A DNA stretch of 60,044 nt from a virus. Its lineage: Duplodnaviria; Caudoviricetes. The notes below the pieces were generated by a model that saw only the letters and a program-made list of their open reading frames with translations, had not been told where the DNA came from and did not search any database. Every line of letters starts with the position of its first letter. Positions within the stretch are counted from its first letter, which is position 1. The stretch is from positions 1 to 60,044 of the IMG/VR virus record IMGVR_UViG_3300044675_001003, one strand, 5' to 3'. Positions 1-11,300 of the stretch are shown here, in pieces. A program made the position numbers and the translations under genes.

Positions 1-106
1 GGACACCATCGGCCACAAACCAAGCGGGCAGTATCCGACTGTCCCACGGCTCTGAGATCGTTACTTGCGTACAGACCCGTCAAGAGATTGTGGTTTGGAC
101 TGACTC
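1..106. repeat. Terminal direct repeat / circular assembly overlap (copy 1)
   Basis: 1-106 is identical to 59935-60040; the next 4 nt differ (ATCC vs GTCT). Unit genome length 59934 bp. Confidence 0.95.
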
Positions 107-950
107 ATCCCTGTATTCTTTACAGTATCAAGGCCCCCCTACTGTTTGGTCTAGCCAGCTTCTGGGAGACAACATCTCTATCATTGGCCCTAATGCGGCT
201 GTTATTGCATCGGGCGTGATTTACTGGATGGGCGTGGAGAAGTTCTATAAATACGATGGCCGCACTCAGACTTTGCGTTGCGACTTGCGTCAGCACATCT
301 TCCAAGACATTAACTTATCGCAGGCAGCTCAAGTGTTTGCAGGAACCAACGAAGGCTTTAACGAAGTCTGGTGGTTCTATTGCTCACAAAACAGCACTGC
401 AATTGATCTGTATGTAACGTACAACTACTTAGAAGATGTATGGGCATACGGGACACTAGGCCGGACGGCATGGCTTGACTCTGGCCTGCGTGACCATCCA
501 ATAGCCGCTACATACTCATATAACCTTGTTGACCATGAATCTGGTAATGATGACAACGTAAGTGGTACGCCGGTGGCTATTAATGCCGTCATTGGTTCTG
601 CTGAGTTTGACATTGACGATGGCGATCACTTTGGTTTTGTCTGGAGGATGCTTCCAGACATTACATTCCGTGGATCTAATGCTGCCTCCCCCCAAGTCAC
701 AATGACTTTAATTCCGATGCAGAACTCAGGCTCTGGATATAACAATCCAATATCTGTAGGCGGCAATCCAAATGCGACAGTAACTCGCACATCTACCTCT
801 GTGATTGAGCAGTTTACGGGTCAGGTGTATGTCAGGGTGCGTGGCCGCCAGATGATTATTCAAGTTGAATCTACTCAACTGGGATGTGCTTGGCAGCTGG
901 GCTCACCACGTATTGACATCAAACAAGACGGCAGAAGGGGTAACACATGA
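1..950 (+). CDS. 3' part of tail nozzle/stabilization protein (P22 gp10 / T7 gp12-like); gene starts at 58767 and wraps the contig end
   Basis: In frame with the ORF starting MPLKKLTLKAGVNKENTRY at 58767 (joined length 705 aa). Propeller-like W/G-rich repeats; C-terminal ...RVRGRQ...WQLGSPRIDIKQDGRR; lies just before the ejection genes. Confidence 0.7.
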   Translation, partial: TPSATNQAGSIRLSHGSEIVTCVQTRQEIVVWTDSSLYSLQYQGPPTVWSSQLLGDNISIIGPNAAVIASGVIYWMGVEKFYKYDGRTQTLRCDLRQHIFQDINLSQAAQVFAGTNEGFNEVWWFYCSQNSTAIDLYVTYNYLEDVWAYGTLGRTAWLDSGLRDHPIAATYSYNLVDHESGNDDNVSGTPVAINAVIGSAEFDIDDGDHFGFVWRMLPDITFRGSNAASPQVTMTLIPMQNSGSGYNNPISVGGNPNATVTRTSTSVIEQFTGQVYVRVRGRQMIIQVESTQLGCAWQLGSPRIDIKQDGRRGNT

Positions 951-1288
951 TTGTTATTTCCGAGTTTGAGATCAATCAGGTTGCCTCGCCTAACCTACCG
1001 CTGTCTCCAATACAGTATGACCGGCAGTACGCGGATCAGCTAAATAACGTGCTTCGCCTGTATTTCAACAGGGTTGATGCTATTTTGAATCAGTTAAAGA
1101 CAGATTCTATTATTCCTGCTTTGACTAACTACACAGTGGCAACGTTGCCAAGCGCGGTTACATCTGGTAATGGTGCAAGGTCTTTTGTAACAGATGCACT
1201 ATTACCCACGTTTGGATCAACTGTAGCTGGCGGAGGTGCCGTAGCTACACCTGTGTATTCTGATGGCACCAATTGGAAGGTCGGATAA
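947..1288 (+). CDS. Small tail-associated structural protein
   Basis: ATGA overlap with the upstream gene; coiled N-terminus (LNNVLRLYFNRVD) plus a short YTVATLPSA...PVYSDGTNWKVG beta module common in tail proteins. Confidence 0.6.
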   Translation: MIVISEFEINQVASPNLPLSPIQYDRQYADQLNNVLRLYFNRVDAILNQLKTDSIIPALTNYTVATLPSAVTSGNGARSFVTDALLPTFGSTVAGGGAVATPVYSDGTNWKVG

Positions 1289-4161
1289 TGGCTATTGATT
1301 ATTTTGCACAACAATTTGGTGAAGATTTCTTTGCACCAACCTATTCATCTACAGATGAGCAGGGCAACCCAATTTATGACCAAGTTGCGGCTCCTGCTCC
1401 AATGGCGGCTCCAGTAGCGGCCCCTGTAGCTCCGGTAGCGGAACCTGCATACTTTCAAACTAACCCAGATGTTGCCTCGGCGTATAGTAATTATGCAAGC
1501 CAATACACACCTCAACAGTTTGCTGATTTCCATTACACAAATTATGGCGCTAGTGAAGGCCGTGCGGCTTCTAGCCCAGCTGCCGAACCAATAACCCCTG
1601 TAAGTACACCAACAGCCCCCGTAACTGCGCCGGTTCAGACTGTTTCTGATGCTGATATTCTTGGCTGGTTTAATGCTAATCCTGGAGCCAGTGACACGCT
1701 TATTGCTCAAACAATGCAACAGGCTAACGTTACGCCAGAGCAAGTAGCTAGAGCTACGACAGCAAATTACCAAGATGTAAATAGTAGATATTTAACGGCT
1801 ATTGCAAACCCTGCAACAGTTCAACAGCAAATTATTGCAGACGAACGTAATAGATCGAATGACGGGATTGCATCATTAGCTGGCGGCCAAACTTCTGGTA
1901 TTACAGGTCAAGCTGCAGCTACACGCCAAGTGGCTGGCCCTACCCCTATAGCTGCAGGAGAAGTTCATTTAGGCAACGGCCTATATAGAACTCGGGAAGG
2001 TATTACTGTTGATAGTCAAGGAAAGCCAGTTGTTGACAATACAAAAACTGTTAATGACTTGTATGCCACGATTGGCAGAACTGGTATGGGCACAGACGCA
2101 AGCCAGATTGACAAAGCTGGGTTTGACTACTGGAAGCAAATTGCTGACTCGGGCTTAACTCCAGAACAGCTTAAGCAAAGATTTAACACAGAAGTTAATA
2201 CTTTCTTAACCACTAAACAAACAGATCCTTATTCTCAATATGTAGCTCCAATTTATCTTAAGTCTTTAGCGGGCGACATCTTAAATGACACAACGCTGTC
2301 GGCCTTTGACAAGAACAACAAGATCTTTGAGACTGCCCAGAAGTTTGGCATGAATGATGCCGCAATTGATAAAGCATTTGGTAAGACAGCTGCTGACGCA
2401 TATCGCAAAGATTACGGCAATCAGATTAAGTCTTTTATTGACACAACACTGGCCAAAGATGAAGGTACAACTTTTAATGAGGTTGCAGCCATCCAGCAAG
2501 CAGCGCGAACCTATGGCCTTGATGCCTCAGAGGTAGCCAAGTACTCTGGCATGAACAAAGCCGGTGTAGATACCTTGTTTGGTGCTTATGACAAGGGTCT
2601 TGCCAATATTGCCAAGGGGTTTGAAGATGCTAGGATTAAAGCTGGTACAGATGCTACTGCGCTGTCTGATGCTGAAGCCAACAAAGCCAAGACCATGCTG
2701 GCACTTCAAAGCCAGTACAAAGTCACAGACGAAGACCTTGCCAAAGCCGGCAACACTACAGTTAAAGCTGTTCAGGATTACTTAGCGCCCGTTAAAGAAG
2801 CTCCAAAGACGCTTGAAGCTTTGATGAACGACACCAAAATGTCGGCGTCAGAGATCAGGGCTAAGATTGACGAGCTTAAAGCCAATCCAGCTGTCAGTGG
2901 AATTTACAGTGCGGCCTTGCAAAAGTTCAGCGATAAAGCGGCCAAAGACTACTCTGGTGAATATGGCGGGAAGAAGTTTGAAAGCCTAAATCCTATTGCT
3001 GTTAGTACGGTTCTTGACCAACTTAAAGCCCAGCAAGCCGCTGGTACAGCTCAGTACTATCAAGGTGGTGCTAAAGAAGGTAAGAAGGGCGGTTTTGGAT
3101 CTTTGGATGCAATGACCGAGGACATGGCCAAGAACCTTGTGGCCGCTGGCATTACCGACATTCGTCAGGTGGGTGAGAAGACTGTTACCGTTCCCGGCGA
3201 AATTACTTATGATGAAAATGGCAATGCAACCCAACAGCCAGACCGCACAGAAAAGCAGATTATTAACAAAGTAACTGGCGAGCCATTATCCAAGGCATCT
3301 AATTACTCTGAGCGCACTGTTGGTAATTCATGGTCTGGCACGTTTAAAGGTAAGGGCAACACCGGCTACAACGTCCAGTTTAAAGATGGCAATCCAATCT
3401 TCTACACGACCGGTGCGTCTAGCAGTGATATGCAACAGCTTGCGCCACTGTTGGCTGTGGCTTCGTTTATTCCCGGAGCTGCTCCATTTGTTGCTGGCAT
3501 CAATGCGCTCTATGCAGCCGATCAGGGTAACTGGAAGCAGGCTTTATTAAGCGCTCTTCCTGTGGGCGGTGAAATTGCAAAGACTCTGGGCGCCAGTGCA
3601 AACACATTGGCTAACATTGGTACAGCCTCTAAGATTGCAAACGTAGCAAATGCCATAGACAACAAAGACTTGTTGGGTCTAGCCTTGAGTGGTACAGGTT
3701 TAGCGTCTGATAAGAATTTGTTTGGTGAAGGCGCGTTTAATCCCAAGGCTAATATTCTTGGAAACTTCTCCACCAAAGATTTACTGTCTGGTGCGTCTGC
3801 TCTTAAAGCCATTGATAACAAAGACCTTGTATCACTGGCAAACATTGGTGCCCAGATGTCCGGAAGCAAAGATGCCGCCACAGCTGCCAAAGGTTTGGCC
3901 GTAGTAAAAGCTTTGGAGTCTAAGAACCCAATGGCTATTGCTCAAATAGCTCAGAAGTTCAACTTAACGAATGACGTAATTGGTAAGGCTGGCGGGGGTC
4001 TTGCGTCATTGCCCGGCTTGATAAAGAATGGCAACAAGAATACACTTACCGACAAGAACGCCTTTGATGGGCTTAATGGTAGCTTAGTGGCAAAAATGCT
4101 GAATCAGCAGCCTCCTGCAATACGTGCAGCCATGCTGGAAAAGATAATGCAAGCAGCGTAA
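1288..4161 (+). CDS. Large internal virion/ejection-region protein (~957 aa) with DUF4214-like motifs
   Basis: TAATG coupling at 1286-1290; motifs YFQTNPDVASAY...FHYTNYGASEGR and DLYATIGR...DKAGFDYWKQ; Ala/Gly-rich helical C-terminus. Confidence 0.55.
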   Translation: MAIDYFAQQFGEDFFAPTYSSTDEQGNPIYDQVAAPAPMAAPVAAPVAPVAEPAYFQTNPDVASAYSNYASQYTPQQFADFHYTNYGASEGRAASSPAAEPITPVSTPTAPVTAPVQTVSDADILGWFNANPGASDTLIAQTMQQANVTPEQVARATTANYQDVNSRYLTAIANPATVQQQIIADERNRSNDGIASLAGGQTSGITGQAAATRQVAGPTPIAAGEVHLGNGLYRTREGITVDSQGKPVVDNTKTVNDLYATIGRTGMGTDASQIDKAGFDYWKQIADSGLTPEQLKQRFNTEVNTFLTTKQTDPYSQYVAPIYLKSLAGDILNDTTLSAFDKNNKIFETAQKFGMNDAAIDKAFGKTAADAYRKDYGNQIKSFIDTTLAKDEGTTFNEVAAIQQAARTYGLDASEVAKYSGMNKAGVDTLFGAYDKGLANIAKGFEDARIKAGTDATALSDAEANKAKTMLALQSQYKVTDEDLAKAGNTTVKAVQDYLAPVKEAPKTLEALMNDTKMSASEIRAKIDELKANPAVSGIYSAALQKFSDKAAKDYSGEYGGKKFESLNPIAVSTVLDQLKAQQAAGTAQYYQGGAKEGKKGGFGSLDAMTEDMAKNLVAAGITDIRQVGEKTVTVPGEITYDENGNATQQPDRTEKQIINKVTGEPLSKASNYSERTVGNSWSGTFKGKGNTGYNVQFKDGNPIFYTTGASSSDMQQLAPLLAVASFIPGAAPFVAGINALYAADQGNWKQALLSALPVGGEIAKTLGASANTLANIGTASKIANVANAIDNKDLLGLALSGTGLASDKNLFGEGAFNPKANILGNFSTKDLLSGASALKAIDNKDLVSLANIGAQMSGSKDAATAAKGLAVVKALESKNPMAIAQIAQKFNLTNDVIGKAGGGLASLPGLIKNGNKNTLTDKNAFDGLNGSLVAKMLNQQPPAIRAAMLEKIMQAA

Positions 4162-4173
4162 CTGGAGATTAAT

Positions 4174-5805
4174 ATGGATGATTTTTCTTTTGAAGACTTT
4201 AACTTTGGTAGCGGCAATGAAGAGTATGACTTTTCCGGCTTGTCAGACATTGGGCTTGGAACTGACTTACAAGAATTAGACTTGTCCAGTTTGTTTGGTG
4301 GTGGCGGCCAAGAAATTGACTTTAGCGGCCTTGATAATTTAGACATTACCAATTTGCTAGGAACTGACTTTAGCCAAATACCCGGTGATTTTGGCGAAGA
4401 TCTTGGATATGAGTTAGCTAGAACTTTACAAAGCACTGGACAAGCATCATCGTTATTTTCTGACGATGGCGGATTTAGTATGGATGCGGCGTTTCGCTCT
4501 GCCGCCAATGAAAATAAAGGTGATGAAGAGTCTTTAAACCGTAGTCTTGGTTCAAAAAGAGTCAACCTTGATGAGTATGAAAGAAATCTGCTAGGCCCTG
4601 GTGACTTTGATCAAGCAGCTCCTCCAGCAAACATTGCAGAACTTTTGACTTCAATGAACCCCAGTTCAGCTGAGAACTTGTCTAAAACAGACTTTAATGC
4701 TTTGTATAACGAAGGTTTAACGCCAGAGCAAATTGCTGACCGCGAAAAGCAAATGGACTTTTACAAAGATAAAACCCAAGACTTTGGCGGCGCTGATGTA
4801 ATGCAGTACTTTGACGAGTACGATAAGAACATGACTGACATCATGCAGAACAAGGGTGGGTTTACCAGCCAGTGGCAAGATGTTGGCGGCAATAAGGTCA
4901 TGATTAATGATGACCCACGGGGCGGAAGTACAGCCACGGTCTACAACCCGACTACGGAAAAAACGTCTTTTTTAAATGAAGCTCAAACACAAGCTTTGAT
5001 TGCTAACGGCACCCTTAACACCAAGGGTTCTGGTTATGTTGCTGCCACAGGTGGAGCGGGTTATGTTCCCGGAGGTGGTAAAACCATTGTTAATGCAGAC
5101 GGAACTAAAACCGTTATCACTCCAGACGGTAAAGTTCTTAAAGTTGATACCGATGGCAAAGTAACAGACACCAAAAAAGTTGTTGACGTTAACAATCCAA
5201 AGATTGAAACAGATCCAACCAAGGTTGTTCCTCCCGGAGTGACGCCTAAAACACCTACTACGCCTACTAAGCCAACCGATAAAAAAGACAACAATATGCT
5301 GTTGGCTCTCTTGGCTTTGATGGCCATGATGAACAAGGGTGGTGGTAGTTCTACGGGTTCAGGCGGCACTATCCCCTCGTTACAGGCTGATCGTAAACAA
5401 TTACCTTATGGCCCAGCCTCTGGTTCTAAGGCTCGTCCCGGAGCTGGTGGTGTGACTTACTTCTCACCCACGACCTATTCACAAAGGGCTGCAGGCGGTG
5501 GAATGATGTACGGCGGTGGTGGCATCTCTGATCTGGGTGGTTACTCAGATGGTGGCCGCCTACTCAAAGGCCCCGGTGATGGTGTATCAGACTCAATTCC
5601 TGCGACAATCGGTGGTAAACAACCAGCTCGCTTGGCAACAGGTGAGTTTGTTGTACCAGCAAGAATCGTATCTGAACTAGGTAACGGCTCTACAGAGGCG
5701 GGCGCTAAGAAGCTTTATGCCATGATGGATCGCGTCCAGAAGGCGCGCCGCAAGACTAAAAACGTTGCCGCTGATACAAAAGCGCACAAATACTTACCTG
5801 CTTAA
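4174..5805 (+). CDS. Internal virion/ejection protein with C-terminal GPGDGxSDSIPA...GEFVVP domain
   Basis: GGAG RBS; acidic N-terminus; hydrophobic segment NMLLALLALMAMM; conserved C-terminal motif. Confidence 0.6.
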   Translation: MDDFSFEDFNFGSGNEEYDFSGLSDIGLGTDLQELDLSSLFGGGGQEIDFSGLDNLDITNLLGTDFSQIPGDFGEDLGYELARTLQSTGQASSLFSDDGGFSMDAAFRSAANENKGDEESLNRSLGSKRVNLDEYERNLLGPGDFDQAAPPANIAELLTSMNPSSAENLSKTDFNALYNEGLTPEQIADREKQMDFYKDKTQDFGGADVMQYFDEYDKNMTDIMQNKGGFTSQWQDVGGNKVMINDDPRGGSTATVYNPTTEKTSFLNEAQTQALIANGTLNTKGSGYVAATGGAGYVPGGGKTIVNADGTKTVITPDGKVLKVDTDGKVTDTKKVVDVNNPKIETDPTKVVPPGVTPKTPTTPTKPTDKKDNNMLLALLALMAMMNKGGGSSTGSGGTIPSLQADRKQLPYGPASGSKARPGAGGVTYFSPTTYSQRAAGGGMMYGGGGISDLGGYSDGGRLLKGPGDGVSDSIPATIGGKQPARLATGEFVVPARIVSELGNGSTEAGAKKLYAMMDRVQKARRKTKNVAADTKAHKYLPA

Positions 5806-5814
5806 GGAGCTGTT

Positions 5815-6795
5815 ATGGCCGGAGAAACCCTACCCACAGGATCGACAAACACCCAAGGCCTAGCCGACTGGGCTGCGCCGTACATCACCAACTACTTGGG
5901 GCAGGCTCAAGCTCTGTCTCAGTCGCCCTATCAGACCTACCAAGGCCCACTGACTGCTGGTCAATCCGGTCTTCAGACACAGGCCTTCCAAGGTCTTGGT
6001 TCTTTGACTGTTCCATCAAGCATTGGTGATGCGGCCACTACGGCTGGAAACATTGCCACTAAAGCGCAGGGATTGTCTTACACGCCTACGACTCAATCGT
6101 TTGATGCTACTCAGGCACAGCAGTACATGAACCCGTACTTGCAGGCTTCACTTAATCCTCAGTTAGATGAAGCTCGCCGTCAGTCACAGATTACGCAACA
6201 ACAAAACGCCGCCAAGATGACTCAGGCTGGTGCGTTTGGTGGTGGCCGTCAAGCAATCCTTGATGCAGAAACTCAGCGTAACCTTGGTACACGCCTATCT
6301 GACATTACGGGTCAAGGATATAACACTGCGTTTACAAATGCACAACAACAGTTTAACGCTGATCAAGCTCGCAAAATGCAAGAAGCGCAGTACGGTGCTG
6401 GGTTTGGTTTGCAGGGCTTGCAGACTGGCTTACAAGGTGCACAAGCTCAAGGTAACTTGGGTAATATACAAAACCAAGCAAACCTTTCAAATCTACAGCA
6501 ACAGCTTGCAGCTGGAGCGCAAGAGCGCGGTATCACATCTGAAGGTATTGCCGCTGACCTTGGTGAGTTTGAGAAGCAACGCCAGTTCCCATATCAGCAG
6601 GTTCAGTTCCAACGTGACATGATCTCTGGTCTGCCAACTGGATCGGTCACTAACACCCCAGGCCAGATGTCTGGTATTGGTTCACTGTTATCAGTACTAG
6701 GCGGTGGCACGGCGGCGGCTGGTGCGTTAGGATACAAAAACGTAGGCGAATTATTGACCAGCCTCGGTCTTGATTTAGGACAGAAGACATCATGA
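5815..6795 (+). CDS. DNA ejection/pilot protein (P22 gp7-like)
   Basis: AAGGAG RBS; Q/A/G-rich, YMNPY and GAFGGGRQA motifs; Gly-rich hydrophobic C-terminus. Confidence 0.6.
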   Translation: MAGETLPTGSTNTQGLADWAAPYITNYLGQAQALSQSPYQTYQGPLTAGQSGLQTQAFQGLGSLTVPSSIGDAATTAGNIATKAQGLSYTPTTQSFDATQAQQYMNPYLQASLNPQLDEARRQSQITQQQNAAKMTQAGAFGGGRQAILDAETQRNLGTRLSDITGQGYNTAFTNAQQQFNADQARKMQEAQYGAGFGLQGLQTGLQGAQAQGNLGNIQNQANLSNLQQQLAAGAQERGITSEGIAADLGEFEKQRQFPYQQVQFQRDMISGLPTGSVTNTPGQMSGIGSLLSVLGGGTAAAGALGYKNVGELLTSLGLDLGQKTS

Positions 6796-8357
6796 ATCTT
6801 ATTCAAATCCAAGAGCACCTAAAAGATCTGCCAACACCGGCGATCATGGCCTACGCTAACGGGCAGAACCCACAGGTTCCCCCGTATATGGCTCTTGGCG
6901 AGATGAACCGCCGTAAAGCCATGGAGCAACGTGCAGCTCAAGCCCCCGACTCTTCTGTCAAAGAAAAGTTAGAGAGCGAGTTGTCTCAACAAGTAGCACT
7001 CCCCGGCGTAGGTCAGGGTATGAACATGAGAATGAATCCTGCAGGGATGCCCCGTCCTATGCCTGCGGTACAGCCCCAGATGGCTCCTCAGATGCCAAAG
7101 ATGCCCATTCAGCCGGCAGCGCGTCCCATGCCACCACAACAGATGTCTCAGCCCGGATCTATTCCTGCTGGCGCACCCGGCATGGCCGGTGGTGGACTGG
7201 CTAACTTGCCAATCAGTAATCGTATGTTTAACTACGCGCCCGGCGGTATTGTGGCGTTTGCTGATGAAAGCAATGAGCAGTTGGTTTTGCCTCCTGGAGA
7301 ATCTGTGTCAGGCACATACTTGGGAGAGCAGCCCCCAGAAAAATTGCCAGTAGATTTGGCTAATCAGATTCTGCGTAAGCGTTTGTTGGGACAGGTAGAC
7401 CTGCCACAACCAGTCGATAGAGAGCAAGTTAAAGCTGAAGTGTTGGCTAAGAATCCACAGCTTGCAGGCGTCCTTGATAAGTTACCCGGTGACACATTAA
7501 CAAAGTTAGCTTCCCAGCTTGAACAGCAGAATCTAGCCCAGCGCTCAAGGTTCCAAGAGGGTGAAGGCCGGCAAGGTCTTGCCGCTTTGTCTCAGGCTTT
7601 GATTGCCGCTGGTGAAGCTACCCGTGGCCAGAAAGGCATGGGAGGCATAGGAGCCGCATTTGGTGGCTTTGGTAAGACTTATAACGCTGCTACTGCCGCG
7701 CAAGAAGAACGTGCCGCTAAACAGCAAGCCTTAGAACGTGCTCAGACTATTGAGACAATGAAGCTCCAAGCTGATATTGAGAATATGCGCCGTGCTTATG
7801 CTGAAGGTGACATTGATAAGGCCATGAGACTCAAAGAACAGATCAATGCTCGTGAGGCCAAGATTGAAGAGATCAAAGGCGCTGGCGCTACAGAGGTTCT
7901 TAATCAAGCTGACAAACTCGCCCAGCGCGAAATCCAAGAGGCCCAACGCAAAGCTCAAGAAGCGCGCTACAAGGGGCAGGAAGCGCACGAACAGCGTATG
8001 TATGAGCAAACTAAGCAATCTGCTAACAAGCCCTCAAGGTTCCAAGAGGAGCTTGCGCTATTGCGTAAAGATCCAGAGTTGTTTAGGCAAATGCAAGGGC
8101 AATCCAAGTCTGGCACTTTGACGTTTGAAGATGCCATGAGAATTCTTGTAAAAGATAATCCGGGCGTAGATGTGGAAGAATTAGCGCAAACGGCGCAAAA
8201 AATGGTTAATGCTGCAAAAACAGTTCAGTCTGGGAAAATTATTCCAGAACCCACAAAGCCAGCAAAAGACACTAGAACCTTTTTTGATAAACTTGGTGGT
8301 AAACCAGATCCATCTCTTTTCCCCGCGCTACCCCCAGGTTTTATTCCAGTTAAATAA
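6792..8357 (+). CDS. Internal virion/ejection protein (coiled coil)
   Basis: ATGA overlap; MAGGG and YAPGGIVAF motifs; long Q/E/K/A coiled coil; directly before the giant gene. Confidence 0.55.
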   Translation: MNLIQIQEHLKDLPTPAIMAYANGQNPQVPPYMALGEMNRRKAMEQRAAQAPDSSVKEKLESELSQQVALPGVGQGMNMRMNPAGMPRPMPAVQPQMAPQMPKMPIQPAARPMPPQQMSQPGSIPAGAPGMAGGGLANLPISNRMFNYAPGGIVAFADESNEQLVLPPGESVSGTYLGEQPPEKLPVDLANQILRKRLLGQVDLPQPVDREQVKAEVLAKNPQLAGVLDKLPGDTLTKLASQLEQQNLAQRSRFQEGEGRQGLAALSQALIAAGEATRGQKGMGGIGAAFGGFGKTYNAATAAQEERAAKQQALERAQTIETMKLQADIENMRRAYAEGDIDKAMRLKEQINAREAKIEEIKGAGATEVLNQADKLAQREIQEAQRKAQEARYKGQEAHEQRMYEQTKQSANKPSRFQEELALLRKDPELFRQMQGQSKSGTLTFEDAMRILVKDNPGVDVEELAQTAQKMVNAAKTVQSGKIIPEPTKPAKDTRTFFDKLGGKPDPSLFPALPPGFIPVK

Positions 8358-8371
8358 TTTAGGATTTCATT

Positions 8372-11300
8372 ATGCAACGTGCCGTTAATCCTCAAACTGG
8401 GGAGGTGTTGTTCCTTGTTGACAACCAATGGATCTCTCCAGCGCAAAAAGCTAAGAATGAAAAAGGGGATACGGCATATTTAGTGGGTAACAAGTGGGAG
8501 GTTGTTGAGGCTCCCGTTACCGAGCAACCATCTGGTATTGCATCAGTTGCTCCACGGGCGGCTAACACCATGACTGCAGACGAGTATCTGCAACAAGTCG
8601 CGGCAAGAGAAGCAAGAGGCTATGACAGGACGTTAGGCGGCTCACTTATTGACACTGGTGTCACCTTCCTCAAGGGCGCTATTGGCTTACCAGAAGCGTT
8701 TGTTGGTCTAGCTGATATACCCACGGCGGGTTATGCCGGCAAGCTGTTAGAGCAAGCTGGATACAAGCCTAAAGAAGCCAAAGAGATTCTTGACACCTAC
8801 CTGTCAGAAGCCCAGCAAGCTGCCAACCGCAAACTCAAACAGGCTGAAGGCTTTGGCGGTGCTGTTGCCGCAGCTCTTCAAAACCCCAGCACGATTGCCA
8901 CGGCAGTTGGTGAGTCAATCCCTCAGATGTTGGGCGGTGCGGCTGTTGCTCGAGGCTTGATGAAGGCAGCCCCCGGCCTTGCTCCTTACTTGGCTGGTGC
9001 CGCAGGCGAGGGCTTGCTTGGTGCTGGTGCGGCTGCAGAACAAATCCGCCAACAGTCAGAAGACAAACTCTTGTCAGGCAAGCAAATTGTGTCTGCTCTT
9101 GGTTCTGGTGCTGGCACTGCCGCATTCGGTGCCGCTGGTGGTAAGTTGGCTGCCAAGTTTGGACTTGATGATATTGATACGCTCTTGGCCGCTGGCGCCG
9201 GTAAGGGCGGCGTTAAGTCTGTAAAAGACTTTGCTATTAAAGCCACAGCGTCTGGTATCACAGAAGGCTTGTTTGAAGAGATGCCACAGTCTGCACAAGA
9301 GCAGATGTGGATGAACTACGCCACAGATAAGCCACTGTTTCAGGGTGTCCCAGAAGCTGCTGGAATGGGCTTTGTCACTGGTGCTGCGATGGGTGTTGGT
9401 GCCACTGGTTTAGGCCGCAGAAAACAAACTGAACAAGGCCTTCCTTCTGTTGCCCCAGAAGCTGAATTAACTCCCACACCTACAACCCCCCCAGAAGCTG
9501 GTATTACCTCTTTAATGCCACAGGAGCCAACTCCGCCTGCACCCCCTGCCGGCCCAGCGGAAGCTGTACAAGCGCCGGGATCTGAGGCTATGGATACGCA
9601 GGCCATGCTGGAAGAGCTAATTAACAGTGTTAATTACCCTCAAGAAAAAGCGCCTGAAGTTGTGGCTGAGAAGCAGTTAACACAAGAAGAAATTGACAAG
9701 CAAGATCAGCAAGATAGGTTCCTTGCTGAAATGCAAGATTTGCAAGACGATGTTTCTGATCGTGATGACAAGTATTTTGAGACATCGCCAGCCAAACCTG
9801 AGTCGGTGAAACTGTATCGTGGCGTTCCAAAAGGTCAAGAAGGTCGGGAGACTGTTGGCGGTGCTTTGTTTATGTCGCCAGACCGGGATATAGCAGAGCA
9901 GTATGCTGGCCCCGGCGGAAAAGTTACCGAAGAAAGCCGCACGTTTGACAATATTTTGGATGCCCCAACTTGGGCTAATGCAAAACAAAAGCTTGGTCTT
10001 CCACAGTCAGCAACAATGGCCGATCTGGTCAATGCTGCGCGCGAAGCTGGTCATGATGGTGTGACTTTTAAAACCACCAATGGCCAAGAATACATAGCAA
10101 TTAACAAAGCTCCCAAGGCGCCAACCACCACCCTTGAGACTCGCGAAGAGTACCCAGCCTTGTCTAAGACAGAGGTGGAAGAGCTGGGCCTTGCTCCAAA
10201 GCCAAAGGTTGAGAAGCCCAAAGAGCCAAAGATTGACTACCTAAATCACCCAGACAATGTTGGGAGTGATGCATCCAGTAAGCGTGAGTTTGACAATAAA
10301 GGCAAGCTCCAGGTTGCACCCCAGAACATTGCTGATGGTGGTACGCCATTCAAGTCTAGGGCTGCTGCAGATGTGGCCCGCAAGAACTACCCTGATATGC
10401 GCGTCCTCCCGACTGCAGACAAGAAGGGGTTCATCCTTGCGCCTAAGACGCCCAAGCAAATAGAAGCTGACAAGGCCAAGGCCAAGCGTCTGGGGTTGCC
10501 AATGACAACGACCAAGGGTACCCCTATGGCTGCCCACCAGTTCATCACAAGTGAAGGCGGGATAACCAAAGATGCGATGAAAGACCTTGGCATGGACGAG
10601 AACGTTCGTTCAGGCAATCGTTCGTTGTTTACTGATACCGGCATGAGCGTAGAGCAGGCCTACATGAAGCTTCAAGAGGCCGGCTATCTTGAAGAAGGCG
10701 CTACTCAGAATGACGCCCGTAACTTAATTACAGAAAGCGTTAAGAAGCCTAAGTACCGTCAGCAAGACACGGAAGAAATGACGAAGCGCGCACAGCAGGC
10801 CGACTACGAAGACTACTTAAAAGCCGAAGAAGAGGCATCACTGTACTCGCCCGTTGATGAAGAGATGGGCTATGAGATGGGTGACTTTGATGGCACGGGT
10901 TATGAGTCAGCCAGCCCTGAAGTTCAGGCAGAGGTGCGCGCATTGCTGGCGCAAGCCGATGCTCTTGGAATTAACACAGAATCAATAAAAGAAGAGATCT
11001 TCTATGAAACAGAAAACCAATCAGTCCAAGCCTACTACAAGGCCTTTAAGTCAGCCCTCGAAGATGCCATCACCGCAGGCCGTCAAGATCGCATCGAGGA
11101 TACTGGCCAACCGGGCGGCGAGGGAGCTGGATTTGAGCTCACAGCGCCCACAGCAGACGAGATAAGAACTAAGCAGGCTGAGACAGAGCGCCGCGCCAAA
11201 GAGGAAGAGCGCGCCAACAAAGCCGCTGAAGACAAGGCCCGGGCCGATGAGCAAGCTGCTGAGTTTACCTTGACCGGTAGTGATCGTGCAGCTGACGTTG

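Noticed and set aside
1-106. Biological direct terminal repeat of the virion DNA
   Set aside because: It falls mid-gene and has the size of an assembly overlap; real termini are more likely near terS.
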